This document shows, piece by piece, positions 29,352-39,753 of a stretch of 64,000 bases of DNA. Both the position numbers and the translations under genes were made by a program. Every line of letters starts with the position of its first letter. The first letter of the stretch is position 1. A model generated the notes under the pieces. The model searched no databases and was not told the DNA's origin. It worked only from the letters and a program-made list of their open reading frames with translations. Source of the DNA: an uncultured Verrucomicrobiae bacterium (GTDB taxonomy: Bacteria > Verrucomicrobiota > Verrucomicrobiia > Limisphaerales > JAFGQR01); assembly GCA_963788655.1 (NCBI GenBank), contig CAWBHS010000060.1:288001-352000 (forward strand). Reading direction: 5' to 3'.

Positions 29352-30122
29352 TCAGTCAGCAGCTTGACGGGGCTTCGCTTCAACCACCCGTTCATCGAAG
29401 GTGGCGAAAATTTCTTCGCCTGGCTTGACGACCAGAAAATCCTTCTCCGCCCAATCGCCGTCCAGCCAGCGCTGGAACAAACTGAGGTCACCGTCGATTT
29501 CGCCAAACTCCCAGTGGCGCTCCGCACAAATCTGCCGGACTTGTTGGTCCAGCTTAAGGTGTTTGGCGAAGTCGAAATTGATCAGCACCCCGTGCGTGTA
29601 TCCCTCGGTCCAGCGGTTCATCTCTTCCATCAGAAACTTGGCTTCCTCCTCGCCGTATTTCTTGACCCATTTTTCGTAGGTGTCCTTGACGCCGGCGCCG
29701 GCACTGGCCGGCAGTGACGCCCCACCCCACACCGCGCCGTGGTCGCCGCGGCGCTGGATGCACTCCAACCAACCGGAGGTGTAGTAATAGGTGCCGGGCC
29801 GTTCGGAGAACAATTGCTGGTAACGCTCTTTCGAGCCCATGAAAAAGGTGATGCAATCGTGCGCCCGCGGAATGACCAGCGGCGTGTGCGTCGCCTTCAG
29901 CCCGACCAGGATGCTGCTGCACAGACCGTAGCCCAACAGGATGGCGTCGAAGCGGCCTTCCGGCACTGCCTCAATGCGCTGCTGGATGTCGCGGCACCCG
30001 GTCTTGGGAATGTCGTGATAGCCCTGGGTAAGGAAGTCGGTTTCAATCAGGTTCGGCGAACGGGCGGCCAAGTAACTGATTTCGCGGAAGGCAATTTCGC
30101 AGGCAATGACTTTCAAAAACAT
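29352..30122 (-). CDS. DUF1638 domain protein
   Basis: KVIACEI, LLGYGLCS, PRAHDCITFFMGS, GTYYYTSGW. Confidence 0.88.
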   Translation of the reverse strand: MFLKVIACEIAFREISYLAARSPNLIETDFLTQGYHDIPKTGCRDIQQRIEAVPEGRFDAILLGYGLCSSILVGLKATHTPLVIPRAHDCITFFMGSKERYQQLFSERPGTYYYTSGWLECIQRRGDHGAVWGGASLPASAGAGVKDTYEKWVKKYGEEEAKFLMEEMNRWTEGYTHGVLINFDFAKHLKLDQQVRQICAERHWEFGEIDGDLSLFQRWLDGDWAEKDFLVVKPGEEIFATFDERVVEAKPRQAAD

Positions 30123-30144
30123 AACGGCGCAAATCCATGCAATT

Positions 30145-31197
30145 TCATTCCACTCGGGCCAAACCGGTGCCTTTGACCACTTCACCGATGATCCAGGCCT
30201 TTTGGCGGCGAGCATGAACATACTTTAGCACAGCGTCGGCCTGGTCGCCCCCGACAATCAGCGTCATGCCAATGCCCATGTTGAAGACCTGATACAATTC
30301 CGCTTCCGGCACGCGGCCCTGAGACTGGATGATTTGGAAGATTGGTGGCAGCGGCCACGAGTCTTTGCGGATGACCACATCGCTGCGTGGGGGCAGCACA
30401 CGCGGGAGGTTGTCCACAAACCCGCCGCCGGTGATATGCGCCAAGCCCTTAATTACTCGCGGTTGGTCCGGACGATTGAACTGCTTGATCAGCGTCTGCA
30501 CCAACGGGCCGTAGCTCACGTGAACTTTGAGCAGTTCCGCGCCGATGGACTGGCGCAATCCCGTCACGCGACTGGTCGGTTTGAGTTTCATTTGCTCGAA
30601 GAAAATCCGGCGCGCCAGCGAATAACCATTCGTGTGCAGTCCGTTCGAGGCGAGGCCAATCACGGCGTCGCCAGGCCGGATGCCTTTGCCGTCGAGCATC
30701 CGCGATTTCTCCACCACGCCCACAATCGTGCCGCTCACGTCGTATTCGCCGGGTTGATAGAAGCCCGGCATCTGGGCGGTTTCGCCACCGATCAACGCGC
30801 AACCGTTCTCGACGCAGGCTTTGGCAAAGCCCTTGACGATCTGGGTGAAGACGTGCGGCTTCAATTTGCCCGTGCCCAGATAATCGAGGAAGAATAACGG
30901 CTCCGCACCCAGCACGGCGATGTCGTTCACGCAATGATTGACCAGGTCCTGCCCGATGGTGTCGTGGCGGTCCAGGGCAAAGGCCAGCTTCAGCTTGGTG
31001 CCGACGCCATCGACGCTCGAAACCAGCACCGGCTGACGGTATTTCTTCACATCGAAGGCGAACAAGCCGCCAAAGCCGCCCACTTTGCCGAGCACCTCGC
31101 GGCGATGCGTGGACGCCAGCAATTGCGGCAAGGTGGCTTTCACCCGGTTGCCCAAATCAATGTCCACGCCCGCGCGGGCATAAGCTGTCCGTTTCAT
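30145..31197 (-). CDS. purM: Phosphoribosylformylglycinamidine cyclo-ligase
   Basis: YARAGVDI, GGFGGLF, DGVGTK, GGETAQMPG, GLHTNGYSL, FNMGIG. Confidence 0.97.
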   Translation of the reverse strand: MKRTAYARAGVDIDLGNRVKATLPQLLASTHRREVLGKVGGFGGLFAFDVKKYRQPVLVSSVDGVGTKLKLAFALDRHDTIGQDLVNHCVNDIAVLGAEPLFFLDYLGTGKLKPHVFTQIVKGFAKACVENGCALIGGETAQMPGFYQPGEYDVSGTIVGVVEKSRMLDGKGIRPGDAVIGLASNGLHTNGYSLARRIFFEQMKLKPTSRVTGLRQSIGAELLKVHVSYGPLVQTLIKQFNRPDQPRVIKGLAHITGGGFVDNLPRVLPPRSDVVIRKDSWPLPPIFQIIQSQGRVPEAELYQVFNMGIGMTLIVGGDQADAVLKYVHARRQKAWIIGEVVKGTGLARVE

Positions 31198-31379
31198 GAT
31201 GGGCAGTAAGGTGTTGGCGCGTGGCCCATCGGGTCAATCTTTTTCAAGAAAACGCGTTTCCTCACTCAGCGCCAACGGCTCCGCAATCCGCTGCCGGGTA
31301 GGACGAAAACTCCGTCGAGCCCTACCAGGATATGGTTGCGGCTCTGCCCCGCTGGCTCCATTCGCGGGTTGGAACCGTT

Positions 31380-32829
31380 TTACTTTGGCTTCAACTGCGG
31401 GAACAGGATCACGTCGCGGATGCTCTCCTGGCCCAGCAGCATCATGCACAAGCGGTCAATGCCCAGGCCCAGGCCACCGGCCGGCGGCATGCCGTGCTCC
31501 AGTGCCACTAGAAAGTCTTCGTCCAGCTTTTGCGTTTCACCGCCGGCTTGATGCTCCAACCGCTCGCGCTGTTCCAGCGCATCATTTTGCTCGCTGTAGG
31601 CCGGGGCGATCTCCTGACCGTTGATGCAGCACTCGAACACTTCCACCGTCGATGGATCGTCGGGCGATAACTTGGCTAGCGGAATCAATTCCTTCGGAGC
31701 GTGCGTGACAAAGACCGGGTCGATCAGCGTCGGTTCAATCAATTTCTCGAAGAGAGCCTGGGTGACTTCGAAATCCTCGTATTCATCGGCAATCTCGGCA
31801 CCCAAATCGAGGGCGCGCTTGCGGCGTTCGGCTGGGGTGGTTCCAAACCAATCCGCGCCGCCCTTTTCGCGCACCAGTTCCTGGTATGTGGCGCGGCGCC
31901 ATGGCGGGGTCAGGTTGATGGTCCGAGTCACTTTGCCTTCGGCGTCCTTGTGCTCGACGACCAGCGTGCCGAGGACCTGTTGCGCCACGTGGCAAACCAT
32001 CGATTCCACCAGCTCCATCATGCTCTGATAATCGCCATAAGCCTGGTAGGCTTCGAGCATGGTGAACTCAGGGTTGTGGCGACGCGAAATGCCTTCGTTG
32101 CGAAAATTGCGGCCAATCTCGAACACCCGATCCAGCCCGCCCACCAGCAGGCGTTTGAGATACAACTCGAGCGCAATGCGCAAATAGAATTTGCACCCGA
32201 GGGCCTTGTGCTCGGTCACAAACGGCTGCGCCGCTGCTCCGCCGGGAATGGCCTGCATCATGGGCGTCTCAACCTCGACAAAGCCGCGCGCGTGGAAAAA
32301 GTTCCGAATCTCGCGAATGATGTCACTGCGCCGCAGAAAGGTCTGCTTCACTTCGTCGTTCGCCATCAAATCCAGATAGCGCTGGCGATAGCGAATCTCC
32401 GTGTCGGCCAGGCCGTGCCATTTCTCCGGCGGCGGTCGCAGCGCCTTGGTCAGGATGACGAAGCTGTTGGATTTTGACGCTGATCTCGCCCATGCGCGTG
32501 GTGAACATCGTGCCTTGAATGCCGATGAAATCGCCCAGGTCCAGATGCTTGAACAAATCGAACTGCTCGTCTCCCAGGACGTTCTTTTGCGCGTAAATCT
32601 GGATGCGGCCGCTTTGGTCCTTGATGTCCAGAAACATGCTTTTCCCCATGTCGCGATGCGCCGTAATCCGGCCAGCCAGCGCCACTTCGCGGCCCTCCGC
32701 GTAATTGGCCCGCGCCTCGGCGCAACCTTCGGCCGGCGTAAACTTGTTCTTGTACGGATCGATTCCCTTGGCTCGCAACGAAGCCAATTTCGCCTTCCGT
32801 TGTTCGATCAATGCATTGGTATCTTCCAT
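31380..32829 (-). CDS. lysS: Lysine--tRNA ligase, 1-nt frameshift near 32470
   Basis: OB-fold N-terminus (ORF 32323..32982) plus FRNEG..HNPEFTMLE and GMPPAGGLGLGIDRL (ORF 31380..32369). Confidence 0.96.
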
Positions 32830-32917
32830 AAACTTGCTTTCCCGGAGATGAAACATGGAAGACCTGCCAATGTCCAAATGCTTTTGTGGATAATGAATCG
32901 TGGAGGACCGCCAGGTC

Positions 32918-33110
32918 TTGGAGTGCGACCGCCCGCCGCCGCTTTCTATGCATCGGGAGCCAAACAAGCTGAGTAGCCTCAAGTCTCATGGGGCATCCTC
33001 CTGTCTCCGAAAGCGCCGGCAAGCCGGGCGCACTCCAGACGCTGGCGCGAACTTGAGGGGGCATCGAACCTCGCGAAGCGCATGGAGTGCGTGGAGCTTG
33101 CGCCCGCTTT
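32918..33110. repeat. Cluster of palindromic GGAGTGCG..CGCTTT repeats
   Basis: Copies at ~32918 and ~33082 flank an inverted copy AAAGCG..CGCACTCCA at ~33010. Confidence 0.6.
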
Positions 33111-33199
33111 CGCAGGCCGACAGCAGACCTATGGCCACCAGATCCTGTTTCAGCGATTCAGCCCTTCGGCTTTCGGATTTCGGATTTCCGCCGCCGTTC

Positions 33200-36100
33200 T
33201 TACCTCGGAAACGCCTTGTCCGGATATTTCGGCGGTGGCGGCACCGGGCGTGGATCCTTGGCGATTTGTTCCTGGAGAAGTTTGATGGCGGCTTTGAGTT
33301 GCGCGTCATCCCCGTTGAATGTGGCATGCGGCAGGTTGTCCACCACAATGTCCGGATCGACGCCATGGCCTTCAATCAGCCACTCGCCTTCGGGACCATA
33401 GACGCCGGTTTCCGCGGCGGTGGCCATCCCGCCGTCCACGAGCCAGCGGCGGGCAGACAGCCAAATCTCGCCGCCCCACGTGCGGGTGCCGATGACCTTG
33501 CCCAAGCCCAGGCGCTGGAAGCCTTCCGTGAATGCTTCGCCATCCGACGCGGTGCGCTCGTTGCACAGGACGACCGCGTGCCCGCGAAACGCATACTGCA
33601 TGTTCCAGGTCGGTAAACCGACACGCGGTTGCCAATAAAACCACGCCTTGCGCAGCAGCCGGCCGAGAATCCAGCTATCGATGTTCCCGCCACGATTGTG
33701 CCGCACGTCAATGATGAGCCCCTGGCGCTGGAACACCGGGTAGAAGTCGCGGGCCCACTCGGCGATGTTGCCGCTGCTCATGGCACGCAAGTGAACGTAA
33801 CCAATCTGGCCCTGCCCCAGTTCTTCCACCAGTCGCCGGCGCGTCCACTCCCATTCGTTGTAGCGCAACTCGGTTTCCTGGTCGGTACTGATGGGCCGCG
33901 CGATCACTTGGCGGGTCGGGTTCTTCGGCGGCGACTTCACTTCGAGCAGCACTTGCTGGCCGGCTTGCCCGCGCAAGAGCTGGATCGGATCAACGACATC
34001 CAGGGTCGGACGACCATTGAGACGCACCAGCACGTCACCTTCCTTGACGTTCACTTCCGGCCGGTTCAACGGTGAACGTTCGTCAGGATAATCGGGATCG
34101 GTTTGGTAAACGTGCGTGATCCGCCAGCCGCCAGCCGCCGCGTCGCGTTGGAGTTCCGCTCCCAGCGAGGCAAGTTTGATGTGGTCCGGCCCTTCGCGTT
34201 CGTCGCCGTAGCGCACAAAAATGTGCAGCGCGGATAACTCGCCCACCATCTCGGAAATCAAATCGCTGAGTTCACTGCGGTCCGCAACCCGGTCCACCAG
34301 CGGGAGGTATTTTTCGAGCACACCCCGCCAATCGACGCCGTTCATGTTCCGGTCGTAAAAGTAGTCGCGCATCATACGCCAAGACTCGCGGAAGATTTGC
34401 CGCCATTCTTCGCGCGGTTCGAGCGAGAGCATCCAACTGCCCAAGTTCACCCGAGCATCGTCGAGCTTGGCGGGAGCGGAACTGCCGGCGCCAATGACGT
34501 AGAAGCTGTCACCTTTGCGAACGAGTATATGCTTACCATCGATTGACAGTTCGTAGCTTTTGATGTCCGGCACCAGGGTTTTGGGTTTGGGCTTGTCATT
34601 GGTCTTTTCGAGCATCTGCAATTCGGTCTTGGCGTCGAAACCAGTGGGGCGCGAGGTCCAGAACAGACGTTTCCCCGCGGCGGTCAGCGAAGAATAATTG
34701 CCGGCGGGAACCGGTAGTTCTTCCAGGCGATCCTTAAGGCCGTCCAGTTCAATGGTCACTTTGACCGCACGCTCTTCTTTCGATTTTTCGGTGGCTTCGT
34801 CTTTGTCCTTTTTACCGGTCGCTGGTTTCTTGTCCTCGTCCACAGGCTGCAACTCATCATCCGGCCGGAAGGGCGAACGCAGCCCTTTGACCAGCGCCAA
34901 TTGGTAAATCTTGGTGGTTTCGGTGAAATACGGTTCCGGTTGCCGCGCACCCCAGGGACTGCTCACCAGCGAACGGAGTCGCCGATCCGACAGAAAATAT
35001 AGCCACTTGCCATCCGGCGACCACGCGGGATTCGAACTGTTCACGCGGTCGCTGGTCAGGATTGCGTGCCGCCCGTCGGACACATGATATACATGAATTT
35101 GTTCGTAGGTATTGGCAGCGGTTTGTACATAAGCCAACCATTGGCTGTCGGGCGACCAAGTCAGATCGGAAAAGTTCTCATTCCGCGACGTGGCAATTCG
35201 CCGCGTTTCTTTGTGTTGAAGATCAAACACCCAAAGTTGCTGGTTCTTGTCGTAATAACTGAGCCACTTGCCATCGGGCGAAGACACGCCATGAAACCGA
35301 AACACATGTCCATCGCTCGTCAATTCCTTGAGTTCCCCGATACCATTGGCCGGCAGCGTCCAGAACTCATACTCTCCGGTTTCATCGGACAACAGCAGCA
35401 GGTTCTTCCCATCCGGCAGGAAGCAACCGTCCCGGTAACGCACCCCGGTGTGACGCGGCGCGACAACAAAGCGGCCTTGCTTGACCGGCGCCACGAAGAT
35501 TTGGCCGCGCGCCGTGAGCACCAGGCGGTCGCCCGCCGGCGAAAGGTGCGCGGAGGTCAGGTAGTCCATCGGTTTCGTTACCCATTTCTCGCGCTCTTGA
35601 TCGTAATCGGTTTCCAGCGTGATCGGGATCACCACATCAGAGCCGCGTGCGAGGTCCAGCAACCGCAAATCCGCCCGCTGCTGATAGACGATCCGCCCGG
35701 CATCGAGCGCGGCGGATTTTACGTCGAACCGTTTGTGGTGCGTGTGCTGTTGCCCGTCGGTGCCGTCCGGTTTCATCGACCAGATATTCATGATGCCGTC
35801 GCGGTCGCTCACGAAATAGACTCGCCCGTTCCAAAACATGGGATGCTTGCTCGTGCCCGGAAAATCTGCCGTCAACGGCGTCGCTTCCGCCGCGCCATCG
35901 GCATACCGCCACAAGTTCTGGGCGGTGCCGCCTTGATAACGTTTGGTGCTGCTGCCCTGAAACGGCAAACGGGTGAAGAACAGAACTTTCGCGGCCGGGT
36001 CAAACGCGCCTTCACTGGCCTGGCTCAACGGCACCAAGCGTCCTGCTTCCGTTTGGAGATCGAGCCGCACCAGTTGGACATTGGGCAAGGTGGAAAAAGC

Positions 36101-36556
36101 GCGCGTCGAATAAAGGATTTGTCCATCCGGCGTCCACCCGACAACCGTGGCGCCGCCTTCGAATGTGTGCCGCGTCGGCCGGCCACCGGCTACCGGCATG
36201 GAATAGACTTCAGTCAGCCCTTCGTATTCGGCGGAAAAGGCCACCGTCCGGCCATCGGGCGAAATGGCTGCGTGTGCTTCCATGCCCGGATGACTGGTCA
36301 ACCGATGGGCGGCACCACCTTGCACGCCTGCCGTCCATAGATCGCCTTCCGCGGTAAAAATCACGAGGTCACCGTGGATGGCGGGAAAACGATAGTAACC
36401 CAGCAAGGACGCGATGCCGACGGCGCGGGGACCATCCTTTGCCTTCGGTGCGGCAGCAACCTGCTGGTCCGAACCGGCGGCCAGCGCAGGTAGATTCCAT
36501 CCCACCGAAACGGCAAACAAAAGGACACCGAAGATTGATTGAAACGTGCTTTTCAC
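33200..36556 (-). CDS. Tricorn-type S41 peptidase
   Basis: PD40 propellers, PDZ, GYVHL, DVRHNRGG, ASDGE, GTRTWGG, EGHGVDPD. Confidence 0.95.
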   Translation of the reverse strand: MKSTFQSIFGVLLFAVSVGWNLPALAAGSDQQVAAAPKAKDGPRAVGIASLLGYYRFPAIHGDLVIFTAEGDLWTAGVQGGAAHRLTSHPGMEAHAAISPDGRTVAFSAEYEGLTEVYSMPVAGGRPTRHTFEGGATVVGWTPDGQILYSTRAFSTLPNVQLVRLDLQTEAGRLVPLSQASEGAFDPAAKVLFFTRLPFQGSSTKRYQGGTAQNLWRYADGAAEATPLTADFPGTSKHPMFWNGRVYFVSDRDGIMNIWSMKPDGTDGQQHTHHKRFDVKSAALDAGRIVYQQRADLRLLDLARGSDVVIPITLETDYDQEREKWVTKPMDYLTSAHLSPAGDRLVLTARGQIFVAPVKQGRFVVAPRHTGVRYRDGCFLPDGKNLLLLSDETGEYEFWTLPANGIGELKELTSDGHVFRFHGVSSPDGKWLSYYDKNQQLWVFDLQHKETRRIATSRNENFSDLTWSPDSQWLAYVQTAANTYEQIHVYHVSDGRHAILTSDRVNSSNPAWSPDGKWLYFLSDRRLRSLVSSPWGARQPEPYFTETTKIYQLALVKGLRSPFRPDDELQPVDEDKKPATGKKDKDEATEKSKEERAVKVTIELDGLKDRLEELPVPAGNYSSLTAAGKRLFWTSRPTGFDAKTELQMLEKTNDKPKPKTLVPDIKSYELSIDGKHILVRKGDSFYVIGAGSSAPAKLDDARVNLGSWMLSLEPREEWRQIFRESWRMMRDYFYDRNMNGVDWRGVLEKYLPLVDRVADRSELSDLISEMVGELSALHIFVRYGDEREGPDHIKLASLGAELQRDAAAGGWRITHVYQTDPDYPDERSPLNRPEVNVKEGDVLVRLNGRPTLDVVDPIQLLRGQAGQQVLLEVKSPPKNPTRQVIARPISTDQETELRYNEWEWTRRRLVEELGQGQIGYVHLRAMSSGNIAEWARDFYPVFQRQGLIIDVRHNRGGNIDSWILGRLLRKAWFYWQPRVGLPTWNMQYAFRGHAVVLCNERTASDGEAFTEGFQRLGLGKVIGTRTWGGEIWLSARRWLVDGGMATAAETGVYGPEGEWLIEGHGVDPDIVVDNLPHATFNGDDAQLKAAIKLLQEQIAKDPRPVPPPPKYPDKAFPR

Positions 36557-36984
36557 GGAACAAAGAAATACGGGATTCGCCACTGGCTGCCAATCGGGAA
36601 AAGAGCTCAAACATTGGTGCCCCCCTTCGAACCTCAGTCGGTTTTGGAACGTCCGAATCCGCGGCGGCTATTGCCGGGTCAGTAACTTTCGTAAACCACA
36701 AACACACGAAGACACTGCCTAATCGCAACCCAAAATGCTTGAACAAACAGTTCAGACTCGGCAACGAACCGCTCACCGTGCCTTGGGCATCCGGTATCCG
36801 GTATCCAGCATCGGGCATCCAGATCGACCTTCCATCCTGACGACCGCGCCAGCCGACTTGACACCTGATTTCGCACTACCTACCGCCAATCATTTCCGTC
36901 CACGGCCACGGCTTCCCGCGCGGAACAGTTTCTTCCAGAACGGTTTTGACTTCTGAACCAAAAGAAGCTCCTATTGCTAATAAC

Positions 36985-38785
36985 ATGCAGTTGCACAAAT
37001 CATTTAGGATCCATTGCGTACGGGCAAAAATCGGGTGGCATGGGCTATGCCTGCTGTTGACCATTGGTCCGGCCATGGCCGATCTGGCCGAACCCCAGCG
37101 GGTCACCACCGATTTGACCCTGGCGAGCCTGATCCAGCGGGTATTGACCCACAACGAAACCGTCCAAACCAAGCTGCTGGAAATTGAAATCACCCGCCGC
37201 AAATACCGCGCGGAAAAAGGCATCTTCGAGCCGGAACTGGTACTGGATTACGAGCACCAGGACAACCAGCGGGAAACGACCTCGTTGGACTTCTTTCAAA
37301 ACCTCTCGCAAGTCCTGAATGAGCAAAACAACATCTACACCAGTGGCTTGGAATCGTTGGTGCCCACGGGTGCCAAGCTTCACCTGGGCTACACCTTGCG
37401 GGACTTGCGGAATAACTATCAAGGCCGCCTCAATCCGATGTTCGGCAATGGCGAGTTCGTCACGTTTGCCGGGGCCAGCCTGACTCAGCCATTGTTGAAA
37501 AACGCCGGCACCGCCGCGACGATGGCCAACATCCGCTTGGCAGCGGTGACGTCCGAAATCGCCTTCGAGGAGTACCGGCGCCAACTGATGCTCACCCTGT
37601 CCACGGCGGAAGCGGCCTATTGGAATTTGTATCTGGCGCAGGAACAAATGCTCTCCCTCAAACAATCCGTGGCCCTGGCGGAGAGCATCCTGAATGATAC
37701 CCAAGCGTCACTCAAAGTAGGCCGGGGCGCGGAATTGGACGTGCTGGAAGCGCAAGCGGGCTTGGCGTTGCGCCGTTCCAAGCAGGCGGAGGCGCGGCAA
37801 TTGTTTTTCGAAGCCGTCAATCGTCTGAATGCTCTTGTACTCCGAATCGATCCTCTCCGGCAACCGCACCGTGATTGCCGTCGATGAACCGCAAGTCACC
37901 AAAATACCGCTGACCTTTTTCGAAGGTTGGCAATCGGCCTTTGACTGGAACCCGGATTACCTGATCCGGCGCAAGCAGATTATCTCGGAGGACATCCGCC
38001 TGGCCTACGCGAAGAACCAACGGCTGCCGCAATTGGATCTCAAAGCCAGCTACGGACTCAACGGTCTGGGCGTGAGCCCGGCTGATTCCAACGACGATCT
38101 GTCCCGACAAGATTTCCCCTCCTGGTCCATCGGCTTGGAAATGCGGATTCCGTTGGGGGGCGGGATCAAAAGCCGAAATGAATTGGCGGCCTCCCTGCTG
38201 CGCAAGAAGCAAGCCCTGATCTCGCTCAAGGAATTGGAGAACCAGATTGCCAACGCATTGGACACTTCGTTGCACAAAGCGCGCAGCGCCCGGGACGACG
38301 TGCAGAACTACCGCACCGTGGTGGCGTTCAATGAGGATTTGCTCCAAACCCGCCTGGCCCAACTCAAAGCCGGCAAAGTCGAAAGCCGCAAAGTGCTCGA
38401 AGTGGAGGCGGCCTTGCTGGAAGCCAAAACGTCGCTGGCTGAAGCGAAAGTGAAATACAAACGCGCGCTGCTCGAACTGGAATTGATGCAAGGCTCGTTG
38501 TTACGCTCGCTGCACCTCGAATTGACCCAACGCGACTTGGAACAGCGCACCTCCCAACTGCTCAAGCGTGGTGAAGTCACCGACCAGCAATACCAGCATT
38601 TCCTGAAAGAAGTGCAGGCGGCTTATTGGGAAAAGCAGCCGCCCATGGACACCGTAACCGAAGACAAGGCGCGCCAGATGTTGCGCGATACCGAACTCAA
38701 ATCCGCCCCCGAAACCCAACCGGTCCAGCCAATAAACCCAGATCAATACCAGCGCGCTTTGGAACTCTTGCGCCAGGAAAAGTGA
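36985..38785 (+). CDS. TolC-family outer membrane protein, frameshift near 37830
   Basis: SLTQPLLKNAG, AYWNL and KNQRLPQLDL across ORFs 36946..37887 and 37829..38785. Confidence 0.88.
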
Positions 38786-38796
38786 AGGCGGGAGGT

Positions 38797-39015
38797 AAAT
38801 CCGAAGACCGAAATCCGCAATCCGAACGAAGCCCACAGTCCATCGTCCGAAACGAAATTTCAAGTTGTATGCACTCCAGAACTCACAACGTTTCTTCGCA
38901 CTCGTTGCGCCACCCGAGCAGTGGGCGTAACCGTTGGTTTCCATCCCGTGGTCAGGTCCTTCGCTTCTTCGGATTTCGGCCTTCTTCTGGATTTCGGATT
39001 TCGGCCTTCGGATTT
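38797..39015. repeat. Heptamer-based (AATCCGA) inverted-repeat element
   Basis: AAATCCGAAGACCGAAATCCGCAATCCGAACGAAGCCC (38797-38834) pairs with 38978-39015. A single arm is also at ~33163-33188. Confidence 0.8.
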
Positions 39016-39744
39016 CCCCTCCCCTTGTTGCTCGTCCTGGTGCTTGGCGCTGGCACGGTCAATTCCTTCTCCGCTTCGGAACCGGCGGCCTTCTCGGGTA
39101 TCACCGAACCGTTCTGGGATGTCATTTTGAGCGCGTCAGTGCCCGGCATCGTTAGCGCCAAAAAAATTCACGAGGGCGATTCCATCAAGGAGGGCGAGCC
39201 AATCCTGGAACTCGACAAACGCATGGAAGCATTCGAAGTCCACCGGCGCCAGTTGGTCATGGACGCCAAAAAGCGGGAGTTCGACAACACCCGGACGTTG
39301 TACGAAAACTCGAAAGGCGTTAGCAAAGATGAGTTGGACAAGGCGGAGCTGGAGTACCAAGTCGCCGCGGTCGAACACGACATGGCGGACGAACAACTGC
39401 GCAAACGCATCATTACCGCACCCTTTTCCGGAACCGTGGCGGAATTCTATCTCGACGAAGGCGAGGCCACGCAGGCTTACCAACCGCTGGCGCATTTGGT
39501 GGATACCAAACGTTGCTATTTCATCTGTAACATCGAAGCCAAAGCGGCCGCGGGCTTGAAGTTGAACCAAACCGTGAAATTGGAAATCGACACCGGCGCC
39601 GCTCCGGCAACTGTCCCGGCCAAAATTAGCTTCCTCTCACCGGTCGTGGACCCGGCCAGCGGTTTGCTAAAAATCAAGGCCCTGTTCGACAACACTGATG
39701 GCAAGCTCCGCCCCGGTCTGGCCGGTCGCATGATCCTCAACTAA
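38869..39744 (+). CDS. Efflux RND/HlyD periplasmic adaptor subunit
   Basis: Lipoyl halves, ITAPFSGTV, ISFLSPVVDPASG, LRPGL. Start uncertain. Confidence 0.88.
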   Translation: MHSRTHNVSSHSLRHPSSGRNRWFPSRGQVLRFFGFRPSSGFRISAFGFPLPLLLVLVLGAGTVNSFSASEPAAFSGITEPFWDVILSASVPGIVSAKKIHEGDSIKEGEPILELDKRMEAFEVHRRQLVMDAKKREFDNTRTLYENSKGVSKDELDKAELEYQVAAVEHDMADEQLRKRIITAPFSGTVAEFYLDEGEATQAYQPLAHLVDTKRCYFICNIEAKAAAGLKLNQTVKLEIDTGAAPATVPAKISFLSPVVDPASGLLKIKALFDNTDGKLRPGLAGRMILN

Positions 39745-39753
39745 CGCAACACC

